Shown here: piece after piece, positions 1-10,354 of the stretch
Layout of the letters: every line of letters starts with the position of its first letter
Position numbering within the stretch: position 1 is the first letter of the stretch
Translations under genes and position numbers: made by a program
Assembly (NCBI GenBank): GCA_050743075.1
Contig: JBOGDS010000003.1
Span: forward strand, 12,614 to 76,613
DNA length: 64,000 bases
Origin: Jiangellaceae bacterium
GTDB lineage: Bacteria > Actinomycetota > Actinomycetes > Jiangellales > Jiangellaceae
Reading direction: 5' to 3'
Notes under the pieces: model-generated
Seen by the model: the letters and a program-made list of their open reading frames with translations, nothing else
The model's database searches: none
Told to the model about the DNA's origin: nothing

Positions 1-39
1 CCTGATCGCAGGTCCAGCCAGCGACGACGGGAGGCGGCG

Positions 40-405
40 GTGAGCATCGAGCTTCCGGTCGTCGCCGGTGCCGTGTCGACCGCGATATTCGCGCTCGGCA
101 TGCTGCCCATGCTGGTGAAGGCCGCCAGGACGAAGGATCTGAGCTCGTACAGCCTGGGCAACATCGGGCTGGCGAACGTGGGAAACGTCGTCCATTCCGT
201 GTACGTCTTCGACCTGCCGGCAGGTCCGGTCTGGGTGCTGCATTCGTTCTACCTCGTCAGCACCGGTCTGATGCTGGTCTGGTACGTGCGCTACGGCGCA
301 CCGGCGAATCCTGGCCCGGCCGATCCCTACGCAGAACTACCCACGTCGCGCGGGCACGACGATCTGGTGGATTCTCCCGACGCGGCGATGCCCGCTGCTC
401 CCTAG
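40..405 (+). CDS. small three-TM membrane protein, SemiSWEET/PQ-loop-like (tentative)
   Basis: 121-aa ORF with GTG start. Three hydrophobic helices. 'LPMLVKAARTKDLSSYS' after helix 1 resembles a PQ-loop motif. Family assigned by eye only. Confidence 0.45.
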   Translation: MSIELPVVAGAVSTAIFALGMLPMLVKAARTKDLSSYSLGNIGLANVGNVVHSVYVFDLPAGPVWVLHSFYLVSTGLMLVWYVRYGAPANPGPADPYAELPTSRGHDDLVDSPDAAMPAAP

Positions 406-443
406 CGTCGAGCGCATGGGTTCCGCCGTCCGAAGGGTCAGCC

Positions 444-1574
444 ATGAGTAGCAGCGATAGCCAGCCAGAGCGCTTCGAGACCGTGATCATCGGAGGCGGT
501 CAGGCCGGGCTCAGCACGGGGTACCACCTGGCCAAACGGGGTCTGCCGTTCGTGATCCTGGACGCGAACGAGCGGATCGGCGACGCCTGGCGCCAGCGCT
601 GGGACTCGCTGCGCCTGTTCACCCCTGCGAAGTACAACGGCCTGGCGGGCTGGCGCTTTCCGGCCCCTTCGGTGTCGTTCCCGACCAAGGACGAGATGGC
701 CGGCTACCTCGAGGCCTACGCCGCACGACTCGGCATTCCCGTTCGAACCGGCGTCAGGGTGGACGGGCTTTCCCGGGCGGGAGACCGGTACCTCGTGACG
801 GCCGGCGCCCGCCGCTTCGAGGCCGGCCACGTGGTGGTCGCGACCGGCGCACACCAGATCCCGAGGGTCCCCGCCTTCGCCTCCGGGCTCGATCCGGGCA
901 TCGGGCAGGTGCACTCGAGCCGCTACCGGAGTCCGGCGCAGCTGAACGACGGCGGCGTCCTGCTCGTGGGCGTCGGGAACTCGGGAGCAGAGATCGCCTT
1001 CGAGGTGTCCCGCACCCATCGAACCTGGCTGTCCGGCACACCCTCGGCCCAGTTGCCCGTTCGGCACGGGCCCGCAGCTGCGCGGTTCGTCCTCCCCGTC
1101 ATCCGATTCCTGGGCACGCACGTGCTGACGCTCGGGACACCGATCGGACGGAAGATTCGGCCGGAGTTCGTGTCGAGGGCTGCCCCGCTGATCCGGGTCA
1201 AGCTGAAGGACCTCGCCGCTGCCGGGGTCGAGCAAGTCGCCAGGGCGACGGGCGTGCGGGGCGGCCTTCCAGAGCTCGCGGACGGACGCGTCCTGGACGT
1301 GTCGAACGTGATCTGGTGCACGGGCTTCCGATCCGATTTCGGCTGGATCGACCTGCCCGTGTTCGGCGAGGACGGGATGCCGATCCACCGGCGCGGCGTC
1401 GTGGATGCAGAGCCGGGCCTGTACTTCGTGGGATTGCAGTTTCAGTACGCGGCCGTATCGGATGTGCTCCCGGGCGTGGGCCGGGACGCCGAGCACGCCG
1501 TGAGGCACATCGCGTCGCGCAGCGACGCCACGCGGCGCGAGCCGCGGGTGCTCGAGAACGGGCGGAAGTCATGA
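444..1574 (+). CDS. NAD(P)/FAD-dependent oxidoreductase, flavin-containing-monooxygenase-like
   Basis: 376-aa ORF. N-terminal dinucleotide fold 'VIIGGGQAGLSTG' and a second fold 'LLVGVGNSGAEIA'. Confidence 0.85.
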   Translation: MSSSDSQPERFETVIIGGGQAGLSTGYHLAKRGLPFVILDANERIGDAWRQRWDSLRLFTPAKYNGLAGWRFPAPSVSFPTKDEMAGYLEAYAARLGIPVRTGVRVDGLSRAGDRYLVTAGARRFEAGHVVVATGAHQIPRVPAFASGLDPGIGQVHSSRYRSPAQLNDGGVLLVGVGNSGAEIAFEVSRTHRTWLSGTPSAQLPVRHGPAAARFVLPVIRFLGTHVLTLGTPIGRKIRPEFVSRAAPLIRVKLKDLAAAGVEQVARATGVRGGLPELADGRVLDVSNVIWCTGFRSDFGWIDLPVFGEDGMPIHRRGVVDAEPGLYFVGLQFQYAAVSDVLPGVGRDAEHAVRHIASRSDATRREPRVLENGRKS

Positions 1575-2694
1575 CGATGGCCACGAGCACCATCGACATC
1601 GCCGGACTCGATGGCGGCCTCGTCACGCTGACCTTCGGAGCAGCTCGCGGACCTGGTCTCGCGGGTCGAAGGTCGGTTGCTGCGCGCCGGCGACGACGGC
1701 TGGGACGACGCCGTGCCGGTCTGGAACGCCATGGTCGCGACCCCCGCTCTGGTCCTCCAGCCGACTTCGGCCGACGATGTCGCCGCAGCTGTTCGGTTGC
1801 CAGCGGCCACGGGTTGCTGCTCAGCATCAAGGGCGGTGGCCACAACATCGCGGGCACCTCGATCGCCGAGGGTTGCCTGACGCTGGCCATGTTTCGCATG
1901 CGCGAGATCACCGTCGACCCCGAAGCCAGGCTCGCGCATGCCGGTCCGGGATGCCTGCTGGGCGAGGTCGACCGGGGCGACGCACGAGCACGGCCTGGCC
2001 ACACCGTGGGTTTCATCTCAGAAGTCGGCGTCGCCAGCCTGATCGTCACCGCGGACGACGAGATCCGCACCGCCAACCGCGACGAGAACGCCGACCTGTT
2101 CTGGGCGCTCCGGGGCGGTGGTGGCAACCTCGGCGTTGTCACGCGGTTCACGTCCCGCGAGGTCGTCCCGACCGTTTTCGGCGGTCTCATCGCCTGGCCC
2201 TTCGAGCGGGCCGACGAGATCCTGCGGGCTTACCGGACGATGACGAGCGAGGCGCCGCGGGAGCTTGCCGTGTGGATGATCCTCCTCCATGCCCCACCCA
2301 TGCCGTTCGTGCCCGAGTGGCACGGCAGGAAGGCCTGCTCGATGGTGGTCTGTTACAGCGGCGAGCTCGAGAGGGCCCACGAGGTGCTGGCGCCGATCCG
2401 AGGACGACGGGGCGATCGGGAACCGGGACGCCCGCTACATGATGGGCGGAACGGCATGTGGGATCCGGACGAGCCGGACGCGGACTCGTTCGGCCATTGG
2501 ATCCGCGATGCCTGGTAGGGGCTGCACCCGTTTCGACCGGTCCTACGTACATCAACTTCCAGATCGCCGACGAGGACGAGCAGCGTGTCCGGGAGGCCTA
2601 CGGCGCCAACTTCGACCGCCTCGTCGAGATCAAGAAGACGTACGACCCGGGTAACCTGTTCCGCGTCAACCGCAACATCACACCGGCTGCCTGA
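1571..2694 (+). pseudogene. FAD-linked oxidase (BBE/VAO type), decayed by several frameshifts and internal deletions
   Basis: Pieces of one protein lie in three + frames: MTMATSTIDIAGLD; LLRAGDDGWDDAVPVWNAMVATPALVLQPTSADDVAAAV; GHGLLLSIKGGGHNIAGTS...LFWALRGGGGNLGVVT; and the BBE-type C-terminus YINFQIADEDEQRVREAYGANFDRLVEIKKTYDPGNLFRVNRNI. The ATG at 1571 overlaps the upstream stop (ATGA). Confidence 0.8.
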
Positions 2695-2725
2695 CGAGTC
2701 AGTCAGCGCTGGTCAGGGAGGCGCC

Positions 2726-3844
2726 ATGACCGGGCGGGTACTCGTCGTCGGAGGCGGCATCGCAGGCTTCGCGGCGGCCCGCGCACTCGAACGGCGCGGC
2801 ATCGGCTCCGTGGTGGTGGACCGTCTCGCGGCGCCGCCGGCGGGTGGTCTGGGACTCAACCTGCCGGGCAACGCGGTGCAGGCGCTGCGCTCGCTCGGCG
2901 TCGGCGACGAGCTCGCCGAGCGGGGCGTACCGATCCGGCGGCGGGAGTATCGCAACGCCAAGGGGCGGCTGCTGTTCGCCGTGGACGAGTCGGCCTTCTG
3001 GGGGACGTCGGTGTCGTCGGTGTGCGTGCGCCGCTCGGACCTGCTCGACCTGCTGCGAGCCGGCGTTCCGGCAGACACGGTTCGGTGGGGTACGACGGTG
3101 ACGGGACTGACGGCCGGACCTGACGACGTACGGGTGCACCTGGGGGACGGTCGAACCGAGGCCTACACCCTGGTCGTGGGTGCCGACGGCGTGCGCTCGG
3201 CGGTGCGGCGGGTGATTCTCGGCGACGCCGACCCACGTCCCGCGCTCCTCTCGGCGGAGAGCTGGCGCTTCGTCGTGCCCAACCCCGGGGTGGCCTGCTG
3301 GACGGTCTGGTCGGGTGCGGAAGGGACGTTCCTGCTGATCCCCGTCGACGCTGATCACGTGTACGGCTACGCCTCCGCCACCCGTGGCGGCACCATCGGG
3401 GCCGACGTCGAGTGGCTCAGCTCAACGTTCGCCCGCTTCCCTGATCTCGTGCAGGCCACGGTGACCGCCCTCATGGCTACGCCGTCGTCGCTGTATCCGT
3501 CGCCCGTCGAGGAGGTGCGGGTCGAGCGATGGAGCACCCAGCGCGGCGTGCTCATCGGTGATGCGGCGCACGCGACCGGTCCGGTGTGGGCCCAGGGGGC
3601 TGCGCTGGCCGTCGAGGACGCTCTGGTGTTGGCCGACCTGCTGGCCGACCGCGACGACTGGACCCATGTGGGCGAGGACTTCGAGCGCCGCCGGCGGCCT
3701 CGGGTCAGCCATGTGCAGAAGATGACCGACCGCCTCTCCCGAGTGGCCAGGCTGCCGACCTGGTTACGCGACCCGATAGCTCCGATCGTCGGACCACGTA
3801 CCTATCGCGAGACCTACGGCCCGCTTCGACAACCAGTCGCGTAG
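2726..3844 (+). CDS. FAD-dependent monooxygenase (UbiH/salicylate-hydroxylase class)
   Basis: ATG at 2726 preceded by GGGAGG. 'VLVVGGGIAGFAAARAL' Rossmann motif and 'LIGDAAHATGPVWAQGAALAVEDA' FAD-contact motif. Confidence 0.85.
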   Translation: MTGRVLVVGGGIAGFAAARALERRGIGSVVVDRLAAPPAGGLGLNLPGNAVQALRSLGVGDELAERGVPIRRREYRNAKGRLLFAVDESAFWGTSVSSVCVRRSDLLDLLRAGVPADTVRWGTTVTGLTAGPDDVRVHLGDGRTEAYTLVVGADGVRSAVRRVILGDADPRPALLSAESWRFVVPNPGVACWTVWSGAEGTFLLIPVDADHVYGYASATRGGTIGADVEWLSSTFARFPDLVQATVTALMATPSSLYPSPVEEVRVERWSTQRGVLIGDAAHATGPVWAQGAALAVEDALVLADLLADRDDWTHVGEDFERRRRPRVSHVQKMTDRLSRVARLPTWLRDPIAPIVGPRTYRETYGPLRQPVA

Positions 3845-3956
3845 ACCCCATCGCGTGATCTTCGGGGATTGGGCCTTCCTCACGGACGAGAACCGCGAAC
3901 AGAGCCCTCGCAGGCGGTCCATTCGCGGTTTCGTCCGCGACGTAGTGCCCCGCGGG

Positions 3957-5132
3957 TCAGGACCGGCCGGATGGCCTCAGACCGACCCACGGGGCGTCGG
4001 ACGCGACGAACTCGATGTCGTGGGTGTCGTCGGGGGCGACGATGGCGATCAGGGCGGCTCCCTCAGCGGTCAGGGCAGCGGTGGCGGTCTTGGGCAGCCG
4101 GCCGCTGAAGGGCTGGATCGCCAGCGTGGTCGTCCCGCGCCGGCGGGTGATGTTCCAGGTTCCGCGCGTGAAGCCGTCGACGAGAACGATCCGCGGCATC
4201 GCCCCGTTCACGTCGAAGCTCTGCTCGTGGTACCCGTCGGTGCTGACGCGGCTGCGGTCGGCGTGCGAGAGCAGCAGGTTGTCGTAGTCGTAGAGCAGCC
4301 GGGCCGGTGCCGGCGTGCCCGGGTCAGGCCGCGGCGCCTCCGGCAGGTCGAACAACTCGCGGCCCTCCTCGTCGCGGAAGCTGACGAGCTGCGGGCGCAG
4401 GCGGTCGACCACCTCGGCGAGCCGCGTCAGCCCGGACCAGGTCTGCGCGTCCCGCACCGTCGCCGGCCCGAAGGCCGCGAGGTAGCGCAGGACCATCTCG
4501 TCGACCGACGGCGCGGCGGACAGGGGCCGGCCCAGCCAGGTGTCGGCCGCCGTATGCGCGACCGGTCCGCTGCGCCTCCACAGCCCGCGCGGCGGCACCT
4601 GCACCATCGGCAGCCAGGCACGGACCGCCTTGGCGAGCGAGGCGGCGTCCCGGTCGGGCCAGCGCTCGCGCAGCAGCGTGCCGAACTCCTTGAACGTGAG
4701 CGCCCGGTCTGCGCCGAGCCTACGAGCCGCGGCCTCGAGCTCCCCGCGGTCGATGCCGACGAGGTTCCGGCCGAAGTTGCCGCTCATGCTGCGCTCGATC
4801 ACCGGCTGCACCAGCGGGCGCAGCGCGAGCGCGTCGTCCGCGGTGACCAGGTGGATGGTCGATCGCATCAGCGCGATCCGCACGACCTGGCGCTACTCCA
4901 TCAGCTCGCAGACCTCGCTGGCCTGGAAGTCGGTCAACCGGTTCCACAACCCGACGTACCAGGTCTGCGGCGTCTGGGCCTGCAGGCCCACCAGGTGCTC
5001 GACCATCTCGGTCGCCGGCATTGCCACCCGCTCCAGCAGATGCTGGCGGGCCAGCGTGGCGCGGTCCAACGCACGCAGGCTCAGCAGCCCACTCGACGCC
5101 GGCCCACCGACGGATGACGTTTGCCTCGACAT
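3957..5132 (-). pseudogene. YcaQ/DUF1006-type winged-helix protein interrupted by one in-frame TAG
   Basis: ORFs 4893..5162 and 3957..4883 are in the same frame and separated only by a TAG (4893..4895). Read-through gives ...VEHLVGLQAQTPQ...ELME*RQVVRIALMRSTIHLV, the typical family N-terminus. Confidence 0.7.
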
Positions 5133-5186
5133 AACCCGACCTTCCGCACGGGAGTGCCCCACCCATCACCGAGGGGCGGCGTGCTG

Positions 5187-6165
5187 TCAGCGCAGCGTAC
5201 GGAAGAAGGTCCGCATGTCGGCCACCAGCAGGTCCGGCACCTCCATGGCGGCGAAGTGACCGCCGCGGTCGAAGTCGGACCAGTGCACGATGTTGTAGCC
5301 CTGCTCGGCGTAGCGGCGGATGGCGACGTCCTCGGCAAGGGCCGCCACACCGGTCGGCACCGCAGTCGGCGTCGGCCACGTCCCTGAGTGCATGTTCTCG
5401 TAGTACAGGTTCGCCGTGGAGGCTGCCGTGCCGGTCAGCCAGTAGAGCATCACGTCGGTGAGGATGCGGTCGCGGTCGACCGCGTCCTCCGGCAGTTCGC
5501 CGCGTGGGTCCACGCCTGGAACTTGTCGACGATCCAGGCCAGCTGCCCGACCGGAGAGTCGGTCAACCCGTACCCGATGGTCTGCGGCCTGGTGGCCTGG
5601 ATCTGGAAGTAGCCGTTCCCCTCGGACAGGTAGTGCTTCAGCCGCGCCAACCGGGACTTCTCCACATCGGTGAGTTCGGCCATGGTGGCCTCGTCGACGT
5701 CACCGAACGGGATGAAGCCGTCGGTGGCCGCGTTCACGTGCACGCCGACGACGTGATCGGCGTCTACCCGGCCAAGGTCGGGCGCGACGAAGGCGCCGTA
5801 GTCGCCGCCTTGCCCGCCGTAGCGTTCGTAACCGAGTCGGCTCATCAGTTCGGCCAGGGCCGCGGCGATGCGCGTGGTGTCCCATCCGGGGTCGGCCCGG
5901 AGAAGGCGAAACCCGGCAGCGACGGGATCACCAGGTGGAAAGCGTCGGCGGGGTCCCCGCCGTGCGCCCGAGGATCGGTCAGCGGCCCGATCACGTCGAG
6001 GAACTCGACGATCGACCCGGGCCAACCGTGGACGAGCACCAGCGGGAGGGCGTCGGGCTCGGGGGACCGCACGTGCAGGAAGTGGATGTTCTGGCCGTCG
6101 ATCGTGGTCGCGAACTGCGGGTACTCGTTCAGGTGCGCCGGTAGCGTTCGTGGTGTTGACCATGG
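5187..6165 (-). pseudogene. epoxide hydrolase (alpha/beta fold), 5'-truncated with two frameshifts
   Basis: [39 protein letters not shown] (frame 1), [32 protein letters not shown]...GYFQIQATRPQT (frame 2), ELPEDAVDRDRILTDVMLYW...HWSDFDRGGHFAAMEVPD (frame 3). About 80 N-terminal codons are missing and the gene abuts the divergent TetR start. Confidence 0.8.
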
Positions 6166-6168
6166 GAG

Positions 6169-6786
6169 TTGAGCGGTCGCCGAGGGCAGGCGGCCCGCAA
6201 CGACGAGCGGATCCTCGACGCCGCCCGGGCGGTCTTCGTCGCCGATCCGGAGGCACCGGTGTCGGCCGTGGCCGAGCGGGCCGGGGTCGGCATCAGCGCG
6301 CTCTACCGACGGTATGCCAGCAAGGAGGAGATGCTCCAGACGCTCTGCCTCGACGGACTGCACCGGTACAACGCCAAGGTCGAGGCGGCGCTGCGCGACG
6401 ACGGCGATCCCTGGCAGACGTTCACGCGGTTCATGCGCCGGATCGTCGACGAGGACACCCACTCGCTGACCCTGCGGCTGGTCGGAACGTTCGGGCCGAC
6501 GGAGGAACTGAACGCCGAGTCGATCCGAGCCCAGGAGCTCATCGGACAGTTCTTCGGGCGTACCATGGCGGCCGGCGTCATCCGTACGGACCTGGCCGTC
6601 GACGACCTCGGCCCGATCTTCGAGATGATCGCGACGATCCGGGTCCGCGACGAGGAGCGCGCCGCGCTGTTGCGGCACCGGTACTTGGCCCTGGTGCTCG
6701 ACGCCATCAAGGCTCCGGCGGGAACCGCGTTACCGGGGCCGCCGCCCACTCTGGCCGAGGTCATCGAGCGGTTCCTGCAGAGCTGA
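6169..6786 (+). CDS. TetR family transcriptional regulator
   Basis: 205-aa ORF with TTG start. HTH '[42 protein letters not shown]'. Confidence 0.85.
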   Translation: MSGRRGQAARNDERILDAARAVFVADPEAPVSAVAERAGVGISALYRRYASKEEMLQTLCLDGLHRYNAKVEAALRDDGDPWQTFTRFMRRIVDEDTHSLTLRLVGTFGPTEELNAESIRAQELIGQFFGRTMAAGVIRTDLAVDDLGPIFEMIATIRVRDEERAALLRHRYLALVLDAIKAPAGTALPGPPPTLAEVIERFLQS

Positions 6787-6886
6787 CCGGTGGTCTCATG
6801 GCGCGGCGCCACCGGCCTCCGCGGCAGCCGAGGTAGGCTCGCGAGCCGACAGCGTCCGTACCGTCGCGGAGGAGCTCTGACGGCTC

Positions 6887-7819
6887 GTGGACACCTCGAC
6901 CCGGGGCAGCCGCACCGGCGTGCTCTTCGACGATGTGGGTCCTGGCGTGACGGAGTCCGAGGAGGTAAACCTCGGCCCGACGCAGCGCCCGCGCAAGGAG
7001 TTCCCGCAGCCGCCGCCGGTCAAGCGCCACGGGCCCGGCCGGGTCGTCGCCATGTGCAACCAGAAGGGTGGCGTCGGCAAGACGACGACCACGATCAACC
7101 TGGGCGCGGCGCTGGCCGACTACGGCCGGCGGGTGCTCCTGGTCGACTTCGACCCGCAGGGCGCGTTGTCGGTCGGGCTCGGGGTCGACGCACACGACCT
7201 GGAGCTGTCCGTCTACAACCTGGTGATGGAGCGCGACGTCAAGCCGGCTGACATCCTGCACGAGACGTCCGTCCCCGGCATGGACCTGCTGCCGAGCAAC
7301 ATCGACCTTTCCGCCGCGGAGATCCAGCTGGTCAGCGAGGTCGCCCGCGAGCACGCGCTGTCCCGCGCCCTGCAGTCCGTCATTCCCGACTACGACGTCA
7401 TCCTGGTCGACTGCCAGCCGTCCCTGGGCATGCTGACGGTCAACGCCCTGACGGCCTCCGACGGCGTCATCGTGCCACTCGAGTGCGAGTACTTCGCGCT
7501 GCGCGGCGTGGCGCTGCTCCAGGAGACGATCGAGAAGGTCCGCGACCGGCTCAACCCGCGACTGACGATCGAGGGCCTGCTGGCCACCATGTACGACTCG
7601 CGCACCGTGCACGGGCGAGAGGTCCTGGCCCGGCTGGTCGAGGCGTTCGGGGAGAAGGTCTTCCACACGGTCGTGGCGCGGACCATCCGCTTCCCGGAGA
7701 CCACGGTGGCGGGCTTGCCGATCACCAGCTTCGCGCCCGAGTCGCCCGGGGCGGCGGCGTACCGGCAGCTGGCCAGGGAGGTGCTCGCCCGGTGGCAGAC
7801 GGCGCCCTCCAGGAGCTGA
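6887..7819 (+). CDS. ParA/Soj-family ATPase
   Basis: Deviant Walker A 'NQKGGVGKTTTTINLG'. Sits directly upstream of scpA-scpB, as in other Actinobacteria. Confidence 0.9.
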   Translation: MDTSTRGSRTGVLFDDVGPGVTESEEVNLGPTQRPRKEFPQPPPVKRHGPGRVVAMCNQKGGVGKTTTTINLGAALADYGRRVLLVDFDPQGALSVGLGVDAHDLELSVYNLVMERDVKPADILHETSVPGMDLLPSNIDLSAAEIQLVSEVAREHALSRALQSVIPDYDVILVDCQPSLGMLTVNALTASDGVIVPLECEYFALRGVALLQETIEKVRDRLNPRLTIEGLLATMYDSRTVHGREVLARLVEAFGEKVFHTVVARTIRFPETTVAGLPITSFAPESPGAAAYRQLAREVLARWQTAPSRS

Positions 7820-8658
7820 CGGCTCCGCGGGCCGCCGCCGCCGAGCGATTCGAGGTGCACCTCGACAACTTCGAGGGCCCGTTCGACCTGCTGCTCAGCC
7901 TGATCGCCAAGCACAAGCTCGACGTCACGGAGGTGGCGCTGCACCAGGTGACCGACGAGTTCATCGCGCATATCAAGGCGATCGGCCCCGAGTGGGACCT
8001 CGACCTGGCCAGCGAGTTCCTCGTCGTCGCGTCGACGCTGCTCGACCTCAAGACCGCGCGCTTGCTGCCCAGCGGCGAGGTCGAGGACGAGGACGACCTG
8101 GCCCTGCTGGAGGCGCGCGACCTGCTCTTCGCCCGGCTGCTCCAGTACAGGGCCTACAAGGAGGTCGCGTCGGTCCTGGCGGCCCGGATGCGCGACGAGT
8201 CGCTGCGCTTCCCGCGGGCGGTCGGTCTGGAGGAGCGCTACGCCGCGCTGCTGCCGGAGGTCGTCGTCGGGCTCGGGCCGCACGAGCTCACGGCCCTGGC
8301 GGCTCGCACGCTCGAACCCAAGCCGCCACAGACCATCGGCACGGCACACCTGCACGAGGCCAGGGTCAGCGTGCGTGAGCAGGCCGCGGTGCTCGTCGAG
8401 CGGCTGCGCCGGTCCCGCAGCGCCACGTTCCGCGCCCTGTCCGCCGACTGTCCGACGACGCTGCACGTCGTCGCCCGGTTCCTGGCCCTGCTCGAGCTCT
8501 ACCGCGACCGGGTCGTCAGCTTCGAGCAGCTCACCCCGCTCGGGGAGCTGACCGTGCGGTGGAGCGGCGATGACGGGCCGGTCGACGCCGTCACCGACGA
8601 GTATGACGACGAGCCGGGGCGCCAGGCCGCGCTGGCCGAGAAGGGCGGTCCGGCGTGA
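7792..8658 (+). CDS. scpA: segregation and condensation protein A
   Basis: 'FEVHLDNFEGPFDLLLSLIAKHKLDVTEVAL'. The GTG start at 7792 was chosen in-frame and is uncertain. The stop overlaps the scpB start (GTGA). Confidence 0.85.
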   Translation: MADGALQELTAPRAAAAERFEVHLDNFEGPFDLLLSLIAKHKLDVTEVALHQVTDEFIAHIKAIGPEWDLDLASEFLVVASTLLDLKTARLLPSGEVEDEDDLALLEARDLLFARLLQYRAYKEVASVLAARMRDESLRFPRAVGLEERYAALLPEVVVGLGPHELTALAARTLEPKPPQTIGTAHLHEARVSVREQAAVLVERLRRSRSATFRALSADCPTTLHVVARFLALLELYRDRVVSFEQLTPLGELTVRWSGDDGPVDAVTDEYDDEPGRQAALAEKGGPA

Positions 8659-9215
8659 GCGAACAACCGCTGCCCGCCGAGCCGACGCTCTCGGCAGCCA
8701 TCGAAGCAGTCCTGCTCGTCGTCGACGAGCCGGTCGCCGACGTGACGCTCGCACAGGTGCTCGAGCGTCCGCGAACCGAGGTGGCCGCGACGCTGCGCGG
8801 GCTGGCCGACGACTACACCGCCTCCGGGCGGGGCTTCGAACTGCGTGAGGTGGCCGGTGGCTGGCGGCTCTACACCCGCGCCGAGTGCGCACCTGTCGTC
8901 GAGCGTTTCGTGCTCGACGGGCAGCAGGCCCGGCTGACCCAGGCGGCGCTGGAGACGCTGGCCGTGGTGGCCTACCGGCAGCCGGTGAGCAGGTCCCGTG
9001 TCTCGGCGGTCCGCGGCGTCAACTGCGACGGCGTCATGCGGACGCTCACCACCAGAGGGCTGGTGGAGGAGGCAGGCGTCGACATCGAGACGGGCGCAAC
9101 GCTGTACCGCACGTCGTCGTTCTTCCTGGAGCGCCTGGGGATGTCGTCGCTGGACGAGCTGCCACCGCTGGCGCCGTACCTGCCCGACGTCGAGGACGTC
9201 GACGGTGCCCGGTGA
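8655..9215 (+). CDS. scpB: segregation and condensation protein B
   Basis: 'AIEAVLLVVDEPV...LTQAALETLAVVAYRQPVSRSRVSAVRGVNCDGVMRTL'. Confidence 0.9.
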   Translation: MSEQPLPAEPTLSAAIEAVLLVVDEPVADVTLAQVLERPRTEVAATLRGLADDYTASGRGFELREVAGGWRLYTRAECAPVVERFVLDGQQARLTQAALETLAVVAYRQPVSRSRVSAVRGVNCDGVMRTLTTRGLVEEAGVDIETGATLYRTSSFFLERLGMSSLDELPPLAPYLPDVEDVDGAR

Positions 9216-9942
9216 GACCGGAGTCCGCCTGCAGAAGGTGCTCGCGGCCGCTGGCGTCGGGAGCCGGCGGGCGTGCGAGGAGTTGATCGCAGCGGGCCGG
9301 GTGTCGGTGGACGGGGACGTGGTCCGTGAGATGGGAACACGGGTCGACCCGGCTGTCGCGGTCATCGCCGTCGACGGGTTGCGGATCACGCCGACGGAGG
9401 CGGGCCTGGTCCACCTGGCCATGAACAAGCCGCGCGGCGTCGTCAGCACGATGAGCGACCCGCACGGCCGGCCGAACCTCGGTGACTACGTCGAGGGCCG
9501 TTCCGAGCGGCTCTTTCACGTCGGGAGGCTCGACGCCGACACCGAAGGCCTCATCCTCCTCACCAACGACGGCGACCTCGCCCACCGGCTGACGCATCCC
9601 AGCTACGGCGTGGCGAAGACCTACCTGGCCGAGGTGTCCGGCCCGGTCGGGCGCGACGTCGGCAGGACACTGCGGGCCGGCATCGAGCTCGACGACGACG
9701 TGGTCACGGTCGACGGATTCCGGATCGTGGGACGGTCGGCGGGCAGGGTGATGGTCGAGCTCGTCCTGCACGAGGGGCGCAAGCACGTCGTGCGGCGGCT
9801 CCTCGACGCCGTGGGCCACCCGGTCGAGCGGCTCGTCCGCACGGACATCGGGCCCATCACGCTCGGCCAGCTGCGGCCGGGACGGACCCGGGCGCTGACC
9901 CAGGACGAGGTCGGGCGCCTCTACCGCGAGGTAGGCCTCTAG
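9205..9942 (+). CDS. rluB: RluB/RsuA-family 23S/16S rRNA pseudouridine synthase
   Basis: S4 domain 'RLQKVLAAAGVGSRRACEELIAAGRVSVDG' and catalytic 'HVGRLDADTEGLILLTNDG'. GTG start at 9205. Confidence 0.85.
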   Translation: MPGETGVRLQKVLAAAGVGSRRACEELIAAGRVSVDGDVVREMGTRVDPAVAVIAVDGLRITPTEAGLVHLAMNKPRGVVSTMSDPHGRPNLGDYVEGRSERLFHVGRLDADTEGLILLTNDGDLAHRLTHPSYGVAKTYLAEVSGPVGRDVGRTLRAGIELDDDVVTVDGFRIVGRSAGRVMVELVLHEGRKHVVRRLLDAVGHPVERLVRTDIGPITLGQLRPGRTRALTQDEVGRLYREVGL

Positions 9943-10314
9943 ATGAGCCTGCGGGCGGTTCGAGGTGCGACCCAACTGGACGTGGACGAACGCGGACACT
10001 TGCTCAGGCGGGTCCGCGAGCTGGTCGACGCGGTGCTTTCACGCAACGCTCTGTCGAGTGACGACCTCGTGAGCATCGTGTTCACCGCGACGGCGGACCT
10101 GCGCTCCGAGTTCCCCGCCTACGCAGCCCGCTCGATCGGGATCAGCGACGTCCCTCTGCTCTGTGCGCAGGAACTCGACGTCGAGGGGGCACTGCCGCGC
10201 GTCGTGCGGCTGATGGCGCACGTCGAGACACCGCTGTCCAGGTCCGAGATCCGCCACGTCTACCTGCACGGTGCCCGCGACCTTCGCACCGACCTGCCCC
10301 GCGATCCAGGATGA
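9943..10314 (+). CDS. aroH: AroH-type chorismate mutase
   Basis: 'LRAVRGATQLDVDE...IVFTATADLRSEFPAYAAR...IRHVYL' aligns along its length with B. subtilis AroH (from memory). Confidence 0.85.
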   Translation: MSLRAVRGATQLDVDERGHLLRRVRELVDAVLSRNALSSDDLVSIVFTATADLRSEFPAYAARSIGISDVPLLCAQELDVEGALPRVVRLMAHVETPLSRSEIRHVYLHGARDLRTDLPRDPG

Positions 10315-10354
10315 CCAGGACCGGTCTGCGGGTCGAACCGGGGGTATATCGTCG

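Noticed and set aside
438-1508. Long antisense or overlapping ORFs throughout the track (for example 438..1508 -, 7390..8892 -, 25740..27044 -, 39365..41152 +, 41181..42380 +, 3855..5117 +).
   Set aside because: Their translations are Arg/Pro/Gly/Ala-rich low-complexity strings with no family signal. Each lies opposite, or out of frame with, a gene that has clear motifs. This is the usual artefact of stop-codon scarcity in high-GC DNA.
4893-4895. The two in-frame TAG codons (4893..4895 and 62366..62368) as programmed recoding or pyrrolysine-type read-through.
   Set aside because: There are only two cases, and one occurs in a gene that is also frameshifted. No pyl-type genes or recoding signals were seen. 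Single GC-to-AT substitutions or base-call errors explain them more simply.
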